From assembly GCA_965222715.1 (NCBI GenBank), contig OZ244961.1:462277-526276 (forward strand): 64,000 bases of DNA, given 5' to 3'. This document shows positions 60,986-64,000 of this stretch, piece by piece. Positions within the stretch are counted from its first letter, which is position 1. Every line of letters starts with the position of its first letter. The notes below the pieces were generated by a model that saw only the letters and a list, made by a program, of their open reading frames with translations, did not search any database and was not told the DNA's origin. The position numbers and the translations under genes are program-made. The stretch is from Minisyncoccota bacterium (lineage in GTDB: Bacteria > Patescibacteriota > Minisyncoccia > Phycocordibacterales > JABMNX01).

Positions 60986-63900
60986 TTATTTTGAGATTGT
61001 GTGTGCATCAGTTCCATCTGATGGAAGTCCAGATACGAAGTATCCGTTTGTCCAGTCAATGTGTCCTGCTGCTGACGTTGTAGTTGCGTTTGGTGACCAC
61101 ACAAAGTCATCATTCGTGTCAGCTTGGATTGTTGCAGCTGCTCCCATAAGTCCTGAAAGAACTGGGTATGCTGCGTCACCTGCTAGACGGGTTGTAACTG
61201 AACCTGAGAAGGTTCCTGTTCCCGCTGTTAGCGTGGTGTCTCCAAGTACTCGGAAGTAACGAGTCTGTCCTGCTGGGATTTGAAGGATTGATGAGAACGC
61301 TACTGCGTTGTCATTTCCTCCTGCACCTAGAGGCTCAGAGATAGCCGTTGCAAGAACTCCGTTAGTAAATCCAGATACTGGACTTGAGAAGCTTGCGTCG
61401 GTGTATGCTCGTACTTCAAGGTTGGTTACTGTAGTTGTTCCCGATACCGCTGAACCTGTTGAGGTTGCAAGGTTAACGTTCACTTCAGTAAGACCAATTC
61501 CGCTTCCACCTGCGCTAGCAGTAATGCTGAATCGGTAGAGGTCTACGTCTGTTGCTGTTGTAAGGGTTGTTGCTGCTCCTGAGAGCTTAGTAACCGTTGG
61601 GTATGACCGGAAGACACGTACACCTTCGAAGGTTGTTGAACCTGAAGCATTCACGGTTGTTCCTGATTCTTGTCCTACACCTTGGGTGTTTGTGTTTGCT
61701 GTGTCAATGTCAACTGCGATCAATGCACCTTGGGTACCAGCTTGGCTGGTACCAATGTTTGCAAGGTCAACCTTAACAATAAGGTCCTTGTCAGTGTCCT
61801 TAGGAAGGGTGACAGGAGTTGTAAGGGTTGATGTTGCGTTAGTGTTTGATCCAGTGAAGATTGCTGAACCAACCTTAGTTGCGCCATCGTAGATTCCAAC
61901 CTGTACGAGGTCTGAAGCTGATGATGATGCTGTGTTGGTAAGGGTCAATCCTACGCGCTGAAGTGTAATTGCTTCGTTTGCTGCGCGGAAGTTAATGGTT
62001 CCCATAGTTACTCCAGTTGAGCCACCTGCCACAATTTGGTATGACGGGCTTGCTGCATCTTCTGAAGCAACGAGTGAAGCTGCTGCAACGGTCATTGTCT
62101 GACCTGCTGAAGCAGTAATGGTTTCAGTTACTGAGTTTGATGATGTCACACCAGTGACTGTTGGGTTAGCATCTGAGTTAATTCCCCAAGCAACCGTTTC
62201 ATCATTTGCAACGGTACTTGCAAGGTCACACTTAAGTGCAAGAGTCTTAACTGTTCCTTTCGCAACAGTAAGCGCTTGGTCAAATGTGAATGTTTCTCCT
62301 GCGTCAGACGCAGCAGATGGGTTTACTACGTTTGAACCGGTGTTCAATACAGTTGAACCGTCGAAGAGTTGACACGCAGTCACCTCTGAAACAGTTACGT
62401 CGTATGTCATTGAGAGTTCAAGTGATGAGAATCGTACATCCTCACCTGACTGAGTAGCGTCAAGCTGTACGTTTGCAAACGTAAAGTCTTGTGCTCCTGC
62501 AGTAATGTTCTGTGCAACTGGTGTTGGTGAAATACTGATATCAAGTGCAGCTGCTTTCACAGTCATTGTGTTGAGTGTGAATGAGCTGTTTGAAATGCTA
62601 ATAGTATTTCCTGTTACATCACCTGTTGGGCTGGTCCATGTTGATGGATCAACGGTCACAGTGTAGGTGATTCCGTTTGATTGATCAGAACCAATTTTAC
62701 CTTGAAGACTGTATACCTGCTTTCCAGTTGGAAGAGTAATTGAGTCAGTGAAGGTAAGTGTCTGTGTTGCATCTGACGTTGTTGGGTCAGTTGCGTCAAC
62801 TGGTCCAGCAACAACTGAGCCATTTTGATCAACGATTGATACGTTGGTCAAAAGGTCATTACCAGTACCACCTGTTGAGGTAGCAACAGTAAATGTCATT
62901 CCTGAAATGTTGATTGCTTCACCCTTGATGTCTGTTTCAAAGGCACCAAGTGGTTGGTTTGGAACGTTAACTGCAACGTTCTGTGCAGCAACTGATGCTG
63001 ATTTCTGAATTGTAGTTACAGAACCAGCTGAGATGGTTGTTCGTGAACCATCAAAGAATGGTGTTCCAGTGGTGAACTGTGAACTTGTTTCTGATGCTGA
63101 TGAAGTTGAACCTGCTGATGGAGTAATTCCATAGTTAAAGGTTTCACCTGTCACATAGATATCAGTATCTTTGTCGATGTCCATGAACACAGTTCGGCTT
63201 GCGCCGCTAAGGATATCTGCTTTTACGTAGATATCAATGTTGTTTCCTTCATTAACAACAACTCCTGAACCGAAGTTTGCAGTGTAGAACTTACCATCTG
63301 CTGAAACAGTTGTTGGATACTCAGTACCATCAACAACAGTCATCACATTAGAGATATCAGTTGAACCTGCTGAACCCGTTTGGTTCCATCGAATGTTTCG
63401 AATGCGGATATCTTCAGCTGATCCTGCAGTTACACGGATTCCTGAGAGACGTACACCTGTGGTGCCAATCTCTTTAGTCTGTGCAGTGTTTGGATCGAAT
63501 GAAGATACGTTAAGTGTTGCAGCACCAATGGTAAGTGTTGCGTTAATAGTGTGTTGTGTTCCTGAAATTGGAAGTGAACCTGAAACTGCTGCTGAAGTGT
63601 TAACTGCAACAACGTCAAGTCCCACAACTTCACCAGCTCGTAATGAGTTGTCTGATGCCATGTTACCGGCAACTGTGAAGGTTCGAGTTGTTCCCGCTGG
63701 AATGGTTACTGACTCACCTACTTTCGCTTGGTCGTTTGAACCAAGAGTTTTAGCAGTTCCGAGTTGTACTCCATTTGAGTCAAGAAGAACGATACCTGCA
63801 AATGATGCGTTTGCACCAAGACCGACTCGCTTCACAGTAACGCTGTCAAGAGTTACTGCTCCGTCTGTACCAGCAGTTACGTTGAACTTAGTAAACGGTA

Positions 63901-64000
63901 CACGTGCTGCACTGTCAGGAGCAAGTGATGCTGCTACCTGCTGTGCTGCTGAAACAGTAAGACCGGTTCCAGTTGCTGGAGGATTTGTTGTTCCAGTTCC
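60986..64000 (-). CDS. Large Thr/Ser/Gly-rich beta-repeat surface (S-layer-like) protein, 5' end outside window
   Basis: Frame stays open to 64000; repeated beta modules; strong A/T third-position bias typical of highly expressed genes. Confidence 0.8.
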   Translation of the reverse strand, partial: GTGTTNPPATGTGLTVSAAQQVAASLAPDSAARVPFTKFNVTAGTDGAVTLDSVTVKRVGLGANASFAGIVLLDSNGVQLGTAKTLGSNDQAKVGESVTIPAGTTRTFTVAGNMASDNSLRAGEVVGLDVVAVNTSAAVSGSLPISGTQHTINATLTIGAATLNVSSFDPNTAQTKEIGTTGVRLSGIRVTAGSAEDIRIRNIRWNQTGSAGSTDISNVMTVVDGTEYPTTVSADGKFYTANFGSGVVVNEGNNIDIYVKADILSGASRTVFMDIDKDTDIYVTGETFNYGITPSAGSTSSASETSSQFTTGTPFFDGSRTTISAGSVTTIQKSASVAAQNVAVNVPNQPLGAFETDIKGEAINISGMTFTVATSTGGTGNDLLTNVSIVDQNGSVVAGPVDATDPTTSDATQTLTFTDSITLPTGKQVYSLQGKIGSDQSNGITYTVTVDPSTWTSPTGDVTGNTISISNSSFTLNTMTVKAAALDISISPTPVAQNITAGAQDFTFANVQLDATQSGEDVRFSSLELSMTYDVTVSEVTACQLFDGSTVLNTGSNVVNPSAASDAGETFTFDQALTVAKGTVKTLALKCDLASTVANDETVAWGINSDANPTVTGVTSSNSVTETITASAGQTMTVAAASLVASEDAASPSYQIVAGGSTGVTMGTINFRAANEAITLQRVGLTLTNTASSSASDLVQVGIYDGATKVGSAIFTGSNTNATSTLTTPVTLPKDTDKDLIVKVDLANIGTSQAGTQGALIAVDIDTANTNTQGVGQESGTTVNASGSTTFEGVRVFRSYPTVTKLSGAATTLTTATDVDLYRFSITASAGGSGIGLTEVNVNLATSTGSAVSGTTTVTNLEVRAYTDASFSSPVSGFTNGVLATAISEPLGAGGNDNAVAFSSILQIPAGQTRYFRVLGDTTLTAGTGTFSGSVTTRLAGDAAYPVLSGLMGAAATIQADTNDDFVWSPNATTTSAAGHIDWTNGYFVSGLPSDGTDAHTISK

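Noticed and set aside
60934-63672. Alternative-frame ORFs in the surface protein gene
   Set aside because: By-products of biased codon use.

Overview
Chromosomal segment of a Patescibacteria/CPR bacterium, most likely Parcubacteria (16S carries the GTGCCAGCAGGAGCGGTAA variant of the 515F site; standard genetic code). 0.5-26.7 kb is a patchwork surface-glycan locus: O-antigen-ligase/TPR protein, KpsF-like isomerase, Wzx, GT4/GT8/GT9 transferases, two AsnB-type amidotransferases, four methyltransferases and two 2OG-Fe(II) oxygenases. The rest holds rsmI, secDF, rodA, rplJL, tRNAs, large surface proteins and unlinked 16S and 23S-5S rRNA genes, all rRNA on the minus strand. The standout is a ~370-nt insertion in 23S helix 45, closed by a 21-bp stem. 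It carries a 30-aa hydrophobic ORF with a perfect Shine-Dalgarno (SD) and two non-canonical tRNA genes (anticodons AAA and CGT). The 23S also has a group I intron and an extended helix 63. The 16S lacks the canonical anti-SD, yet small accessory genes and several start-less RNA elements carry strong SD motifs. Also seen: hairpin-filled local duplications (tRNA-Ile, a glycosyltransferase 5' end), a 40-bp palindrome beside a PaaX/Cas2-like gene, and candidate ncRNAs. All calls are by eye; rRNA ends are approximate and novelty could not be checked against databases.
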